NCBI GenBank assembly: GCA_963718895.1
Contig: CAVRAG010000008.1
Location: 1,504,001-1,568,000, forward strand
Reading direction: 5' to 3'
Source: an uncultured Nitrososphaerota archaeon
Lineage (GTDB): Archaea > Thermoproteota > Nitrososphaeria > Nitrososphaerales > Gagatemarchaeaceae
DNA length: 64,000 nucleotides
The translations under genes were made by a program, and so were the position numbers. This document shows positions 40,301 through 49,810 of this stretch, piece by piece; positions within the stretch are counted from its first letter, which is position 1, and each line of letters starts with the position of its first letter. The notes under the pieces are model-generated. The model ran no database searches. It had not been told where the DNA came from and saw only the letters and a list, made by a program, of their open reading frames with translations.

Positions 40301-42068
40301 AGAATTCTGAGCCCAGATCTATCTGGTCTACATAATAACCGTCTACTGTCGACGAAGACCAAGAATCGGCGTAGTTCGAGGACAAGACTTGTGAGACTTC
40401 GTCGAACATCTGCTCTAGGTCGACGCCGACTGTTCCGGAACTCACAGGATCATGAAGGACAATGTAAACAGAGGTATGGCAGGTGTCTGGCTGGTTGACA
40501 CAATCATTGTTCAAATCGCCATTGTTCACATAAACGCTCCAGGCCCTTTCCTCAACTATGCCATCGACCACGGTAGGAATGTTTGCAGACTTGATGAAAG
40601 CACCATTTCCGTATTCCGCCTTCAAAGTTTGATTGTCAAGCCATATCATGAGTTCGATCGAGCTCTGCGTGAAAGCCAGATTCGAAGCGGATTCATCACA
40701 ATCTGCAGGAGTGGCCCAGATGTCATATGCGAAATCATACGGAGTGCGTGCAATAGCCGATTGGCTCTGTTCGACCGAATAACTGCTCATGGAGACAACC
40801 TCAGGGAAATTGCCTATTGTAGCAGGCGTCGAGCCGCTGCACGGGAGCTGGAGGCTCGGGCTCTGATTCTGGACGCCTAAACCGTAGCTAACATTGGGGT
40901 ACCCGATGACACCATTTCCATTTTTCAACGTGGCTTGAGTAAAGCTAACATCGGTGGTCAGTTGTCCGCTCTCATTCAGGCCCATTGTGACTCCTTCGTT
41001 AGCGCATGAGCCAGATTGCGAACATGAGTCTTCAAGATTGAATAGATTGGCCGTATAGAGCAGGTCACCAGCCTCGTAAACCGAACTCATGCCTTCCGGG
41101 GTCTGTTGGTTGTCAACATTGAATGTCAGGGAACAGGGAAGAACGTTGCACGGTGCAGGCGAATCGGCAGGGGCAGGGATCAGAGTTATTGCGTTCGACG
41201 ATGATGAAGTATCATCCACGCTGTCTTCCGTCTCCATAGCTCCAGAAGAAGTAGGGAGTGTTCCTCGAAGGTCGGACGTGTCGAGTCCGAACGAGGGTTT
41301 CGATGCACCGTCTACCGCTTGAGGCGACGAGGGAACGGGGATGTGAGGCCCGAAGGGGACGGTGGCAATCGGCGAAATGAAGACGATCAAAATGAGCACT
41401 TTCAGGACATTCCGGCCAAGCTTGCGTCCGGTTGAGCCGCCCTTGAAGAATCCTCCTGACCTTGATGGCCTTATGGTCTCAAGGAACTTCTGGGCGCCCA
41501 GGCCCGCCACCAAGGCAGCAATCAGAAAAATAACGAAGTTCTCGACACCAGCAAGGAGATAGGAGGAACCCCCCGAAATCGCCGCTCCTCCTGGATTCGC
41601 TTCAGAAGTCAAAGAGACTAGTAAGGATGGGAAGGTCTTCAGGAGAGGCTCATTCAGGAGAGTTGCACCATTGACACCGGGAGGGGGAGGGGGGAACGAG
41701 AAGGAAGAAAGGCTGGGCGAACTGTCGAATGCGCTCGTGGGGGCCAGTCGCGATATTGTCAGCAGTCCCGTCAAGACGAACAGGACGAAGGTCAGACAGT
41801 AGACCATGGCAGCCGCTCCAAATGACCCACGCCATCTTCTTACGAGAAGTCCGACGACGATCCCGATTACAGCCCACGTGATGGCTACCGTGATGTAGAC
41901 CGCGGGCGCTCCGAAGAGCAACAGGGCAAGCCCTAGGCAGAAGCTGAGCGAGGGACCCGAATTGGGTCCGAGCCAATTTATGATTGAACCGAAGCTTGGT
42001 GATAGGAAGGCGTATGCGGCGACCAGCGTGCACAGTGTACCGACAAGAACAGCAGTCAGCCTGGCCAT
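37305..42068 (-). CDS. Large multi-domain membrane/surface protein: TM bundle, GH12-like domain, thermopsin-like segment, 2 IPT/TIG domains, C-terminal TM
   Basis: GYPNVSYG, YDFAYDIW, ELMIWL, LGSEF (GH12); QQNFYV..WVQNV; ISPDSG..GGT and VSPVSGPESGGT (IPT). Confidence 0.75.
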   Translation of the reverse strand: MARLTAVLVGTLCTLVAAYAFLSPSFGSIINWLGPNSGPSLSFCLGLALLLFGAPAVYITVAITWAVIGIVVGLLVRRWRGSFGAAAMVYCLTFVLFVLTGLLTISRLAPTSAFDSSPSLSSFSFPPPPPGVNGATLLNEPLLKTFPSLLVSLTSEANPGGAAISGGSSYLLAGVENFVIFLIAALVAGLGAQKFLETIRPSRSGGFFKGGSTGRKLGRNVLKVLILIVFISPIATVPFGPHIPVPSSPQAVDGASKPSFGLDTSDLRGTLPTSSGAMETEDSVDDTSSSSNAITLIPAPADSPAPCNVLPCSLTFNVDNQQTPEGMSSVYEAGDLLYTANLFNLEDSCSQSGSCANEGVTMGLNESGQLTTDVSFTQATLKNGNGVIGYPNVSYGLGVQNQSPSLQLPCSGSTPATIGNFPEVVSMSSYSVEQSQSAIARTPYDFAYDIWATPADCDESASNLAFTQSSIELMIWLDNQTLKAEYGNGAFIKSANIPTVVDGIVEERAWSVYVNNGDLNNDCVNQPDTCHTSVYIVLHDPVSSGTVGVDLEQMFDEVSQVLSSNYADSWSSSTVDGYYVDQIDLGSEFCPIAGPLESLIGVHCGSQASASYSWTLSSYCYLLDDSLNVGGTAPTCPGQSAAYPSDQVVGVENTITVSGINISNSTACPSELLVVSLSSCFTVQQNFYVVPHDNIGPVPSDWVQNVLILGVDSKGDYWAGSLYSIFTSNELLACSGGISMLSSDCNFSYSFTQVSLPATFNVTSVIQDGGMTLITKVGSQSLNTYTYPGTLACLTSCLEVPPGSYMYLGPAGYPELDFVGPPTVSGGPSGDTAFGQGSAMSETASVKLVERSWSDSIDQSLTYANQPEEGSSGLSWACSGVNSGMISYSSSAPSLGVGFVPAPPGQPSVSCISPDSGTGYGGTSATIYGTDLSGATAVNFGQDNPASGLTASGAEITLSTPDGSGTVDVTVTTPAGTSSTTLGDLFTPGYQFTYDSVTSVSPVSGPESGGTLVTFTGSGFTSPMSVWFGSTASDEVTVTSSTSMTALTPQGTGSVTVAVEIGTVEIPVSGSITFTYLAITLPAGYLEAVLGEVDSDGSATNLYLFLNNSASMQSPALFGSSQASGVDFLVVFSESGGLTLLPSVDANIVSRYANLIPPTLLFMGDSGSCPQSQADAGPVVTSVTSSLGLSDLALLAAVPMFPDTTSSSNQVCLRVYQSDAPLNTVGPAIADNVLPLIHRSGLIESLENGLDSGVLIPGANAGRVNATMLVAGYANDTFFGTFVSDLFGLNQNQIATASGVFAFAGALTVKMGVVHSSSDVHTVNLEQLLGYDGSLTFASGAYFSELGVGAPLNGSSSTPSANDDVIPNDRLTVVTSTTSEGQFALLPGDVVGFSQVPAGKTLSPSTLQVTFTGIYPAELQLSKSFIQSSNGDVVVKVVVKNLDSSQISVSSMNDAAFLTSYKSGAALVSGNPDNNSEFTLLPGQSVHYSYEVTLNGYGEYVSQPAEITYTLQGVQFRGESNSVVWMRSSPNVFAAVVNLFDSLTTVALRGTAYASMSSTILAVMVLVLCGLAAFMELRAYRRWAKGD

Positions 42069-42862
42069 CTCTACCAGCGCCCTCCAAGGGCGGACTGCAA
42101 GCTGCGACCCGTGTCGAGTGACGTAATCCTAGACCTAAACGCTCGAGTTACAGCTTGGACGCTAGCTTCTCTAGCGGAAATGAAGATAGGTGGCTCGGCT
42201 GCAGACAGAATGGTCCTAACTTCCTCTGTGCGCGAGACATTCCACCACTATTGGTATGGAACCACCGCCTTATAGACATCGGTCTCGTTCAATGATGGGT
42301 TAGGGGTGTCGCGGACGGTGTATCATTGGTATGGCCTGGATATCTCTCTTCCAGAATGAGTTGTAGGTCTCGGAGTCGGCGTATCTTGTCAGGAGTATCC
42401 GGAACATGTTCTCCAGAGTCCCTGGGTGCTCCAGCAGGCCAACTTGTGCTTACAGCCTTGGCCACCTCCCATGAGCCTCTCTATCGTGTTGGACGTATAG
42501 AGGATCTTCAGCTTTCTGTTGCTTCAGATATCAAGAACAAGGCAATTCCAAGTCTGCTAATGGACAAACCGACAAGATCCAGCACAAGGAGGGAGAAGGC
42601 TACAAGAATCAGAGCGATGACCTGCGCTCTCAGTCCATGTGCGCCTCGGCCCTGCATCAGGTGGGTCCTTGCCTATAGCATGCCGACGCTTGCCTAGATG
42701 CCGTCTAGCACCACCAACCAGCTATCGAGCTCTGGACGGTTCACTGCTATGATAATCGCTGGTTGTGTGAGAGCCGGAACTCGTTTAACATGTCCGAGGT
42801 GCTATCGCCATTAGACTTGAATCATTAAATAATCTGTCGGGATCACATCCTGCGTCTAATCC

Positions 42863-43813
42863 ATGCCTTTTTGCTCCGAGTGCGGTGCTCCAGTACTCGA
42901 ATCGCAGGCCTTTTGCACTATTTGCGGAGCGCGGCTGGAAGTTGCGCAAGGTCTACCTCAGCAAGGCCCTGAGCTGGAGCAGGGGGAGAAGGTCCTCTTC
43001 CGGTGTACACAGCCTGAACTTTGGGTCAAGGAGAAGTACTCCAGTATGGCCAGTAGGTATGGAAGCTCCTCCTCGGCGACTATGGGTCTCGGCTTTAGAT
43101 ATCAAAGTGAAATGTCCAACATGTCGCAGCAGCAATTCAATGCTGAGCAAGCGAAGATAAGCCAGCGGTACGCAGCGCCCAAATTCCCAAGGTATAAGTC
43201 GGATATCCTCATGATCTCCGACAAAAGATTATTCCTCGCCGACCTTAAGGGCACGGTTACCTACCAGATGCCCCTTGAGCCTGAGAAAGTACGCAGCGAC
43301 ATGGAGACGCTGCGCAAGGGTAACCAGGAAATCTTCGCAGCGGTGCGCGACGAGCGTAAGAGTGGGAAGGTGAGGAGGTTCAGCAGGCAACCCGGCGTTC
43401 GGGAGCGAGGCGCAGTCTTCGCATATGATGTGATTACTGGCGCAGAGGTCAAGAAGAGGGCGATGGGGAATGGGCAGGAGATAGAGCTCAAGGTATTGAC
43501 GTTGAACCCGAGCGCCAAGGATCCATCCTTCGATAGACTGACGGCTATGACTTACGGCAAGGGCAAGAAGGAGCTGGGGAGAGGATGGGGTTTGAAGTTC
43601 AGGGAAGAAGAGAAGGCATCCGAGATTGTCCAGTTCCTCGAGACAAGAAGTGGTCCACTCAAAGCGGTTGCGGCGCAATACGAACTAGATTTCGCCAGCG
43701 TCGAGATTCTTGAAGCAGAAGCCCAGCATATTTCCGCCGCGGTCTCGCATCAGAATGATGGAGAGGGGTCGTGCAAGTTCCTGGTGAGGTGTCTCAATGT
43801 GTACTTCTTCTGA
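42863..43813 (+). CDS. Zinc-ribbon domain protein
   Basis: FCSECGA...FCTICGARL. Confidence 0.75.
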   Translation: MPFCSECGAPVLESQAFCTICGARLEVAQGLPQQGPELEQGEKVLFRCTQPELWVKEKYSSMASRYGSSSSATMGLGFRYQSEMSNMSQQQFNAEQAKISQRYAAPKFPRYKSDILMISDKRLFLADLKGTVTYQMPLEPEKVRSDMETLRKGNQEIFAAVRDERKSGKVRRFSRQPGVRERGAVFAYDVITGAEVKKRAMGNGQEIELKVLTLNPSAKDPSFDRLTAMTYGKGKKELGRGWGLKFREEEKASEIVQFLETRSGPLKAVAAQYELDFASVEILEAEAQHISAAVSHQNDGEGSCKFLVRCLNVYFF

Positions 43814-43881
43814 CGAACACTGAATTTGTCAGATTCTAATGGAAAAAGGAGAAATAAGCGAACACTTCCCACTAACTGCGC

Positions 43882-44811
43882 TTGGCCGCAAATTTGAGCT
43901 CCATTCCAGAAAAGGATTTGCGCAAATACGACCTCAAAGAGTTTCTCAGGCTCCAAAAGATTGATACTCAAGAAAAGGGAGTCGCCTTCCTTGGACCGGC
44001 CGGAGTGGGAAAGACAACACTTCTCAGCTTAATCGATCTGTATCTTCAGCAAGAAGAAAACAAGATGAGCGAAAAGGCGACGAGTCAGATCATGGAAGGA
44101 GATCGGTTCTTCGAAGTAACCGAGGAAAACCTGAGCGAGGGGCGGTTTCCAGCCCGAACGGAGGAAAATACGACAGAGCGTCTCAAACTCCAGATTACCG
44201 TCCAAGGGTCGCGCTCTCCGGTCATGCTGTATGCAACTGACTACAGTGGCGAAATCCTAGAGTCATCAATGGAGAAGTCAACACTTGTTAAAGCGCCAGA
44301 CCCCGCATACTTTCTACTTACGAAGGTCAAGGGTCAGCTTGCCTACTTTCTGAGTGCCACCGCTCTCGCGTTTGTCATCGATCCGACTCACACCGGGCTC
44401 CAGGATCTTCCTGGAGGTGCCAAGCCGCAAAACAGTTTCATCAAAGCCGATTTCACGTACAAAGTACTTCTCCAGAAGTTGACTCAGGCGCGCACGGGGA
44501 ATGATCGCGGAACCTTGAACACCCCAGTGGCAATAGTGCTTACGAAAGTCGACACTTTCACTAGCAGAGGAGAGTCAGAAATCCTGAAGAATGGAGGACG
44601 AGATTGGGTGGAACATAACCTTCCAAAATTCAGCGGTGCTCTAACGAGCTATGTCTCGGGCAAGGTAACGTACCTTACCTCAGGATTCGAAACTGAAAGG
44701 GACCCCCAAAACCCCAATTCGCTGCTCATAAAGAGACGCGCCGGATACCCGATAGCAGTTGGCAACGGAACGGGAGGTCTTGTCTCTTGGCTGAAGGGAT
44801 TGGCGAAATGA
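43882..44811 (+). CDS. TRAFAC-class GTPase (double-GTPase-like)
   Basis: G1 GPAGVGKTT, G2 PART, G3 DYSGE, G4 TKVD. Confidence 0.8.
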   Translation: MAANLSSIPEKDLRKYDLKEFLRLQKIDTQEKGVAFLGPAGVGKTTLLSLIDLYLQQEENKMSEKATSQIMEGDRFFEVTEENLSEGRFPARTEENTTERLKLQITVQGSRSPVMLYATDYSGEILESSMEKSTLVKAPDPAYFLLTKVKGQLAYFLSATALAFVIDPTHTGLQDLPGGAKPQNSFIKADFTYKVLLQKLTQARTGNDRGTLNTPVAIVLTKVDTFTSRGESEILKNGGRDWVEHNLPKFSGALTSYVSGKVTYLTSGFETERDPQNPNSLLIKRRAGYPIAVGNGTGGLVSWLKGLAK

Positions 44812-46623
44812 GTGTCCGGGTTGCCTAGTCCAGAGTCACTAACGTGTGAAGCGCTTGTCTATACTGCGGCTGATGTGAAAGGCGTTAGGGGCTATCAGGT
44901 GGTAGCGTCTACATCCGGCATTGGCGACATACACTTGAAGATGATGAATGACTATTTCCTGCCCGCATCGCTGACCCAAGGGACGCGATTCGTTTGGAGT
45001 AGGCAGATGCTCGTGGGAGAAGAGATAGTCGCTCACAGTTTCATCAAGAACGTAGGCTACGGTCCGGATGGAAGGAACGGAACTTTATACAATCATACAA
45101 TCTTCATGGTGAAGGATGACTTTGCTTCTCTGGGGGCCGACCCGCGTTACTTGGACCGGAGTGGCATATTCATGACCGATCTGAGCGCGCTGTCCCTTGG
45201 GAAGCTTAGTGAATCAGGAAAAATCGAGAGAGCGGTCATCCCTCTCTCTCCTCGAATCGCAGGGTTAGAATACCTGAAAACGATTTTGACGGTAGATCAA
45301 CTTTCGGCAACTATTCAGGCTCGACTGGCTGCCATCGTGGATGGCAAGAGGTTTGCTATCGGGGTTGATGGTTCTGTCAACCCCGAAGCGTTCTTGGGTG
45401 ACCTATTTTCGTGCCTTCCGTTGTCAATCCGAGCGAGGTCGTACTCGACATTTTCGCGTGATCCAGTTCTTCAAAGCCGGTTCGAAGTCTTCATTGTGGA
45501 GGATGAACCACCTCAATTGGTGCTTTCCTCCCCAGCCTTTCTCTACCATGACGTGACTAAGACAGGACGTGGGAGCGGGAAACTTGGCGCGCTCGCAGAA
45601 GGGCTAGCTCTTGAGTCTTGGGCGGGAACACGACAGTTGCAGGCTGAGGTTGAGCAGCTCTTTGAGAGCAATCACAGTCAGCTGCGACAGGCGCTGCGAT
45701 ACGAAGAGTGCAAGATGGCTGTTGGGAAAAACAATGATCCCTCCTCAGTGACTGACTTGCAACTCGCTTGCGCGAGAGCCGGTCTGCCCCTTTCGCTGCA
45801 GCTCTCTACGAAGCACTTGGAAGAGGCTAGACGGGCCAGCCTCCTATCGGCAAACAGCGCCAAGATTAGCGAAGCGTACCTAGCGAGTCTGAAGACGTAC
45901 GAATCCGCGCAGGACTCAGATTCCTGCGACGTGTTCTCGACTTGGCTCTCGGAGGCTGTCGCGAAGTTCAGGGCCGCCGACCGGAACGCGGATGGCTTTG
46001 TGCTGGATTTCTTGACCGCCGCACCCGAGAGATGTCGTCCGTCGATCGCAGGCACCCTTCTTTCGACACTTGGAAATGGACTCCCTCAAGCTTACACGCC
46101 TGAAACCTTCTCAAGGTTGATTGAGAGGGAACCACTTCTTCATAACTGTCTGGCATTTCTCCGCGAGATAGAAAACGAATCGACTTTGGTATCAGTCGTG
46201 ATGGAACTTTCGAGGATTGGGAAAGAAGACTTGGCCTACGAGATTTTCGAATCAGTCGTAACTCCGTCGCAACAAGGTCGAATCAAGAGCGAAACTGTTC
46301 TCGCTCTTGTGAGAGATGAGAAGGCTCGGAAGCTTCCCACTGTTATGAAGGAACTGATTGCCGAATCCTCGCTAAAGATAGCGGAAGAGACATTGAATGA
46401 GATACGTCGCGATGCCGGGTTGGGGTTTGCAACTCGATTCTTCAGAAGAGGGTCAAGAGACCTTCGAGGAGCAAGTGAGCGTCTTCACCAATTCGACGTA
46501 GAATTTCGCACCCCCGTCCTAGAGTACCTCTCTTCAGACAAGACAGATTCTAAAGTGCTGAGGCACGCCATAGAGGAACTGAAGGCGAAGGTTGTCGACC
46601 TGAATTCCGAGCTCGGTAGGTGA
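44812..46623 (+). CDS. GAP1-N-like (GTPase-associated) protein
   Basis: LVYT...GYQVVASTSG; DGRNGTLYNHTI; adjacent to the GTPase. Confidence 0.6.
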   Translation: MSGLPSPESLTCEALVYTAADVKGVRGYQVVASTSGIGDIHLKMMNDYFLPASLTQGTRFVWSRQMLVGEEIVAHSFIKNVGYGPDGRNGTLYNHTIFMVKDDFASLGADPRYLDRSGIFMTDLSALSLGKLSESGKIERAVIPLSPRIAGLEYLKTILTVDQLSATIQARLAAIVDGKRFAIGVDGSVNPEAFLGDLFSCLPLSIRARSYSTFSRDPVLQSRFEVFIVEDEPPQLVLSSPAFLYHDVTKTGRGSGKLGALAEGLALESWAGTRQLQAEVEQLFESNHSQLRQALRYEECKMAVGKNNDPSSVTDLQLACARAGLPLSLQLSTKHLEEARRASLLSANSAKISEAYLASLKTYESAQDSDSCDVFSTWLSEAVAKFRAADRNADGFVLDFLTAAPERCRPSIAGTLLSTLGNGLPQAYTPETFSRLIEREPLLHNCLAFLREIENESTLVSVVMELSRIGKEDLAYEIFESVVTPSQQGRIKSETVLALVRDEKARKLPTVMKELIAESSLKIAEETLNEIRRDAGLGFATRFFRRGSRDLRGASERLHQFDVEFRTPVLEYLSSDKTDSKVLRHAIEELKAKVVDLNSELGR

Positions 46624-49106
46624 AAGTCTTGGGAAAAGAGAGTCAATACCCCCTTGAGAATGAATTGAAGGAGGTGCTTAGGTTATCCCCGAGTGAGAGG
46701 AAGGATCGACTGAAGGTTCATATCGAGAAATATGAGAACGTCATGCGAAGTCAAGCACCTCAAGACAATGAACGTAGGATGAAGCTGGCGCCAGCGCACG
46801 AGCTTGAGGCGATCCTAATCTACCTGTCTGACGTTCTTAGCATACCCGTGGAGCTCAAGAACGTAGTTTGGGAGGAGAGCCTTAGACTCTTCAAAGAGGG
46901 CGGTGACGACATAAGTTGCGCTAGGCTCCAACTGAACAAGCGAGGACTAATCGGACCCAATCTTCCCTTCACCAGGGACCCATTCCAGAGATACGTCGAG
47001 GAGTTCTGGACTGAAGACTCCCTCAACGAAATCGCTTTCGGGACGCGCCTCGAGAATTATACTCGAGACGCGCTTGAGGAGATGGATCGACTTTCCGGCG
47101 ATTCGCATGACAAATCCACGGACATCTTCCTCGCCTACGAGGTGTATTGCAAGGCTCGCCTCCTGGCCACAGTCCTCCCATTCATTGTGCAATGTCGCCA
47201 GCGAGGGATGATAGAATCAAAGACTGAACTCTCTTTTGTGAGAGAGAGATTCGATGAGATCCTCAACCGTGCATTAGTTCAAGAAACGGCGAGGGATACT
47301 GGCCACATGAGGAAAGACGCCGAAGCGGCCGCGGCGGAACTGGCCCTAGATTTCAAGGACATAGAGAATGATCTTGAGACTCTCGGAAGAATTCGTGGCG
47401 TGCTCAAGAGAGCGGAGTCGATTCGGGTCACAGTGGGAATTGCGGCTAGTTTGCCCTCGATTGATGTAGACCCCCCTCATCTAAAGGCCCTTTTCGGTAA
47501 ACTGGCGAAAGCTGAGCCCAATTCCTGGAGCATTGGAAGAAGAAAGTTCCTTTGTGACGATTTTGGAATCACTGTTATTGAGCCTCGAGCGAACAGGACC
47601 GCCACGAGAGTCTATGATAACATTGCGAGCTGTTCACTCAACGCCACGCTCGAAGAAATCGCCGAGGTGCTCGCAGACATTGGTTGCACTGACACTCTCA
47701 GGAAGGAGGAGAATCAACCGTCGCTTCTGGCCCTACTGCGTGGCTGCCAAGACCTGAGTGACCATGTCCTTCAAGAACTCAAGAAGACCATGACGCTCAC
47801 GGACTTTGCCCTTGCGTCCGCTGGGCTCTGCGAGCTGCTCAAGAGCAGACATCTTTCGAACGAGAACCGTGAATTGTGTGATGAGCTACTCCTTTGGTTC
47901 CTGCACGTCCCTGCGGTGGTTGTTGAGCTGACAAGACTTGCATGCCTGGGAAAGGATTGGAATATTGACAATGAGACTATCTTGACCGTCGCGCAACTCC
48001 TGCCAAGCTCCTCAGATCACGGCAACAAACTGGTCGCTGAAGTGTTGGACTCATTGCAAGAAATGGGAGGCCGCCGGTCGTCTCTCGATAATGGGGAAAT
48101 TCATGAAGGAGATCCCTCGAACTACTCAGTGCTGACAGGATACGCTCCAGCCGTCACGGACTTGAATGTAAGAGTGACACGCGCCGTCGAAACGGATCTT
48201 GGTCATGGCAAGCTCATTGACGACAAATCGCACAAGCGCATTCAGAGTCTTGTGCGACTAATGGGGATTGAAAGCGAACTCGTGGCTAGGATAAAAACGG
48301 AGACTCGGGTGAAGGGAGACGCCCTTACCGCCAGCTCCATGATGGGTTTCTTTCTACTCAATGTGGCTACACCCCAGAATGCTGGCAGGCTAGGCGCAAT
48401 CGGGCTCTTGGTCCTCCTGCCCCTCGTCGCGAAAGTGGCTCAGTGGCGGAAGATTACATGGCTCAATTACGACATTCAGGGTAAGAAGCTCGTGCTGGGA
48501 GAGTCGGTCGCGGTATTCATCACGACAGCTCTCCTATTGACGGGTACCAGTCTCCTATCCTCTTCGACACTTCCTCAGGGAATCAGCTCGATAACAACCC
48601 TTGTGGTCCTCGGAAACAGCGTCGCACTCGCCTCGGCCATATACTTCGGAATAGACTTCGTGTATCGATTCCTGACGATTGATGTCTTCCTCAGGACCGA
48701 AGAAAGCCTCTCAACTACAGCCAACATTGTATCCTACTTCCAAGGTGTAATCCCTTCAATCGCGCAGGCGGCGTTTCTGTATTCGGCATTATTCTTTACA
48801 AACCCGGTGTCATATGTGACACTGGCATTCTTAACATTGTTTGTGGTGGTGATTTATTCATTACGGAACAGGCTACCAGTTGAAATTGAGAAGAAGGAAG
48901 AGCGCTGGTCTGCCAAACAACTCTTCGAGTCCGATGTTAGATACATAGTTAGATACGTCATGAACCATTCCGCGAATGGCTCAATTCCCTCGAGGACCGA
49001 AGTACTCCGCGTGATAAGTAGATCGACGACAAACGAAAATCCCCTCAAAGTAATCAAGGAGGCTTCGTATCGCCTGAAGAAACTGGGCTTCGCGCCGGTT
49101 AATTGA
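46620..49106 (+). CDS. Large helical protein with C-terminal TM bundle
   Basis: 828-aa ORF translationally coupled to the upstream gene; about 6 TM segments at the C-terminus. Confidence 0.75.
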   Translation: MKVLGKESQYPLENELKEVLRLSPSERKDRLKVHIEKYENVMRSQAPQDNERRMKLAPAHELEAILIYLSDVLSIPVELKNVVWEESLRLFKEGGDDISCARLQLNKRGLIGPNLPFTRDPFQRYVEEFWTEDSLNEIAFGTRLENYTRDALEEMDRLSGDSHDKSTDIFLAYEVYCKARLLATVLPFIVQCRQRGMIESKTELSFVRERFDEILNRALVQETARDTGHMRKDAEAAAAELALDFKDIENDLETLGRIRGVLKRAESIRVTVGIAASLPSIDVDPPHLKALFGKLAKAEPNSWSIGRRKFLCDDFGITVIEPRANRTATRVYDNIASCSLNATLEEIAEVLADIGCTDTLRKEENQPSLLALLRGCQDLSDHVLQELKKTMTLTDFALASAGLCELLKSRHLSNENRELCDELLLWFLHVPAVVVELTRLACLGKDWNIDNETILTVAQLLPSSSDHGNKLVAEVLDSLQEMGGRRSSLDNGEIHEGDPSNYSVLTGYAPAVTDLNVRVTRAVETDLGHGKLIDDKSHKRIQSLVRLMGIESELVARIKTETRVKGDALTASSMMGFFLLNVATPQNAGRLGAIGLLVLLPLVAKVAQWRKITWLNYDIQGKKLVLGESVAVFITTALLLTGTSLLSSSTLPQGISSITTLVVLGNSVALASAIYFGIDFVYRFLTIDVFLRTEESLSTTANIVSYFQGVIPSIAQAAFLYSALFFTNPVSYVTLAFLTLFVVVIYSLRNRLPVEIEKKEERWSAKQLFESDVRYIVRYVMNHSANGSIPSRTEVLRVISRSTTNENPLKVIKEASYRLKKLGFAPVN

Positions 49107-49196
49107 GGCCTTGCGGACCGTCATCGAACTCCGACCTTGACGAAAGGCTACTCAGCGAGGTCGTAGCGCCACCCGTCTTGCGACTGTCGGGCGGCA

Positions 49197-49772
49197 CTAA
49201 TTGTGTGCACCGATGCTTCTCCCACGCTCGGATTCCAGTAGACTGACCCAATCCCCTTCTTTGAACTTGGGGCGTGGACCACCTGACGTCTGGCGTCCTG
49301 TGGTCTGATGCAAGACAAAACCGAATCCCGCTGTCACTCCGGCAAGGACAAGCCACTCCGCCAAGTAAAGGGGAGTCGAAGGACTTGCCAAACCACTCGC
49401 CGAATAGCCCGCCAACAGGATCAAATCAGCACCAAGGAACGCAATGAGGGCCGACCCGAGCAGGCCGAGCAGGAGGCCCCTGGTCGATGAAGTCGCCACT
49501 AGTTTACCGGGGAGGTAGCCAAACGCCGTTGTCGCCAAGGGGCTCGCTATCGTGAAAGTCTGTGCAACCAAGGTTGTCAGGTCGGACGATTGCGCACCGT
49601 TCGCTGTGGCGGCACCCAGATTGGCAATCAGAGGGACTATTGCTCCGAGCCCGAATAGCGCACCCCCCTCGTAGCCGTATAGGAGTCCAACGGAAAGAGG
49701 TGTCAACATGTTGAGAGGAAGTATTAGAAACGATACCTTAGGAATCAGAAGGATCATGACGTCCGTGGCCAA
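49197..49772 (-). CDS. Membrane protein (ECF S-component-like topology)
   Basis: GLLYGYEGGALFG and multiple TM segments. Confidence 0.5.
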   Translation of the reverse strand: MATDVMILLIPKVSFLILPLNMLTPLSVGLLYGYEGGALFGLGAIVPLIANLGAATANGAQSSDLTTLVAQTFTIASPLATTAFGYLPGKLVATSSTRGLLLGLLGSALIAFLGADLILLAGYSASGLASPSTPLYLAEWLVLAGVTAGFGFVLHQTTGRQTSGGPRPKFKEGDWVSLLESERGRSIGAHN

Positions 49773-49810
49773 GTAGAACAGGCTGCCGAGTACGAGGAGC
49801 CTCCGCGTTC

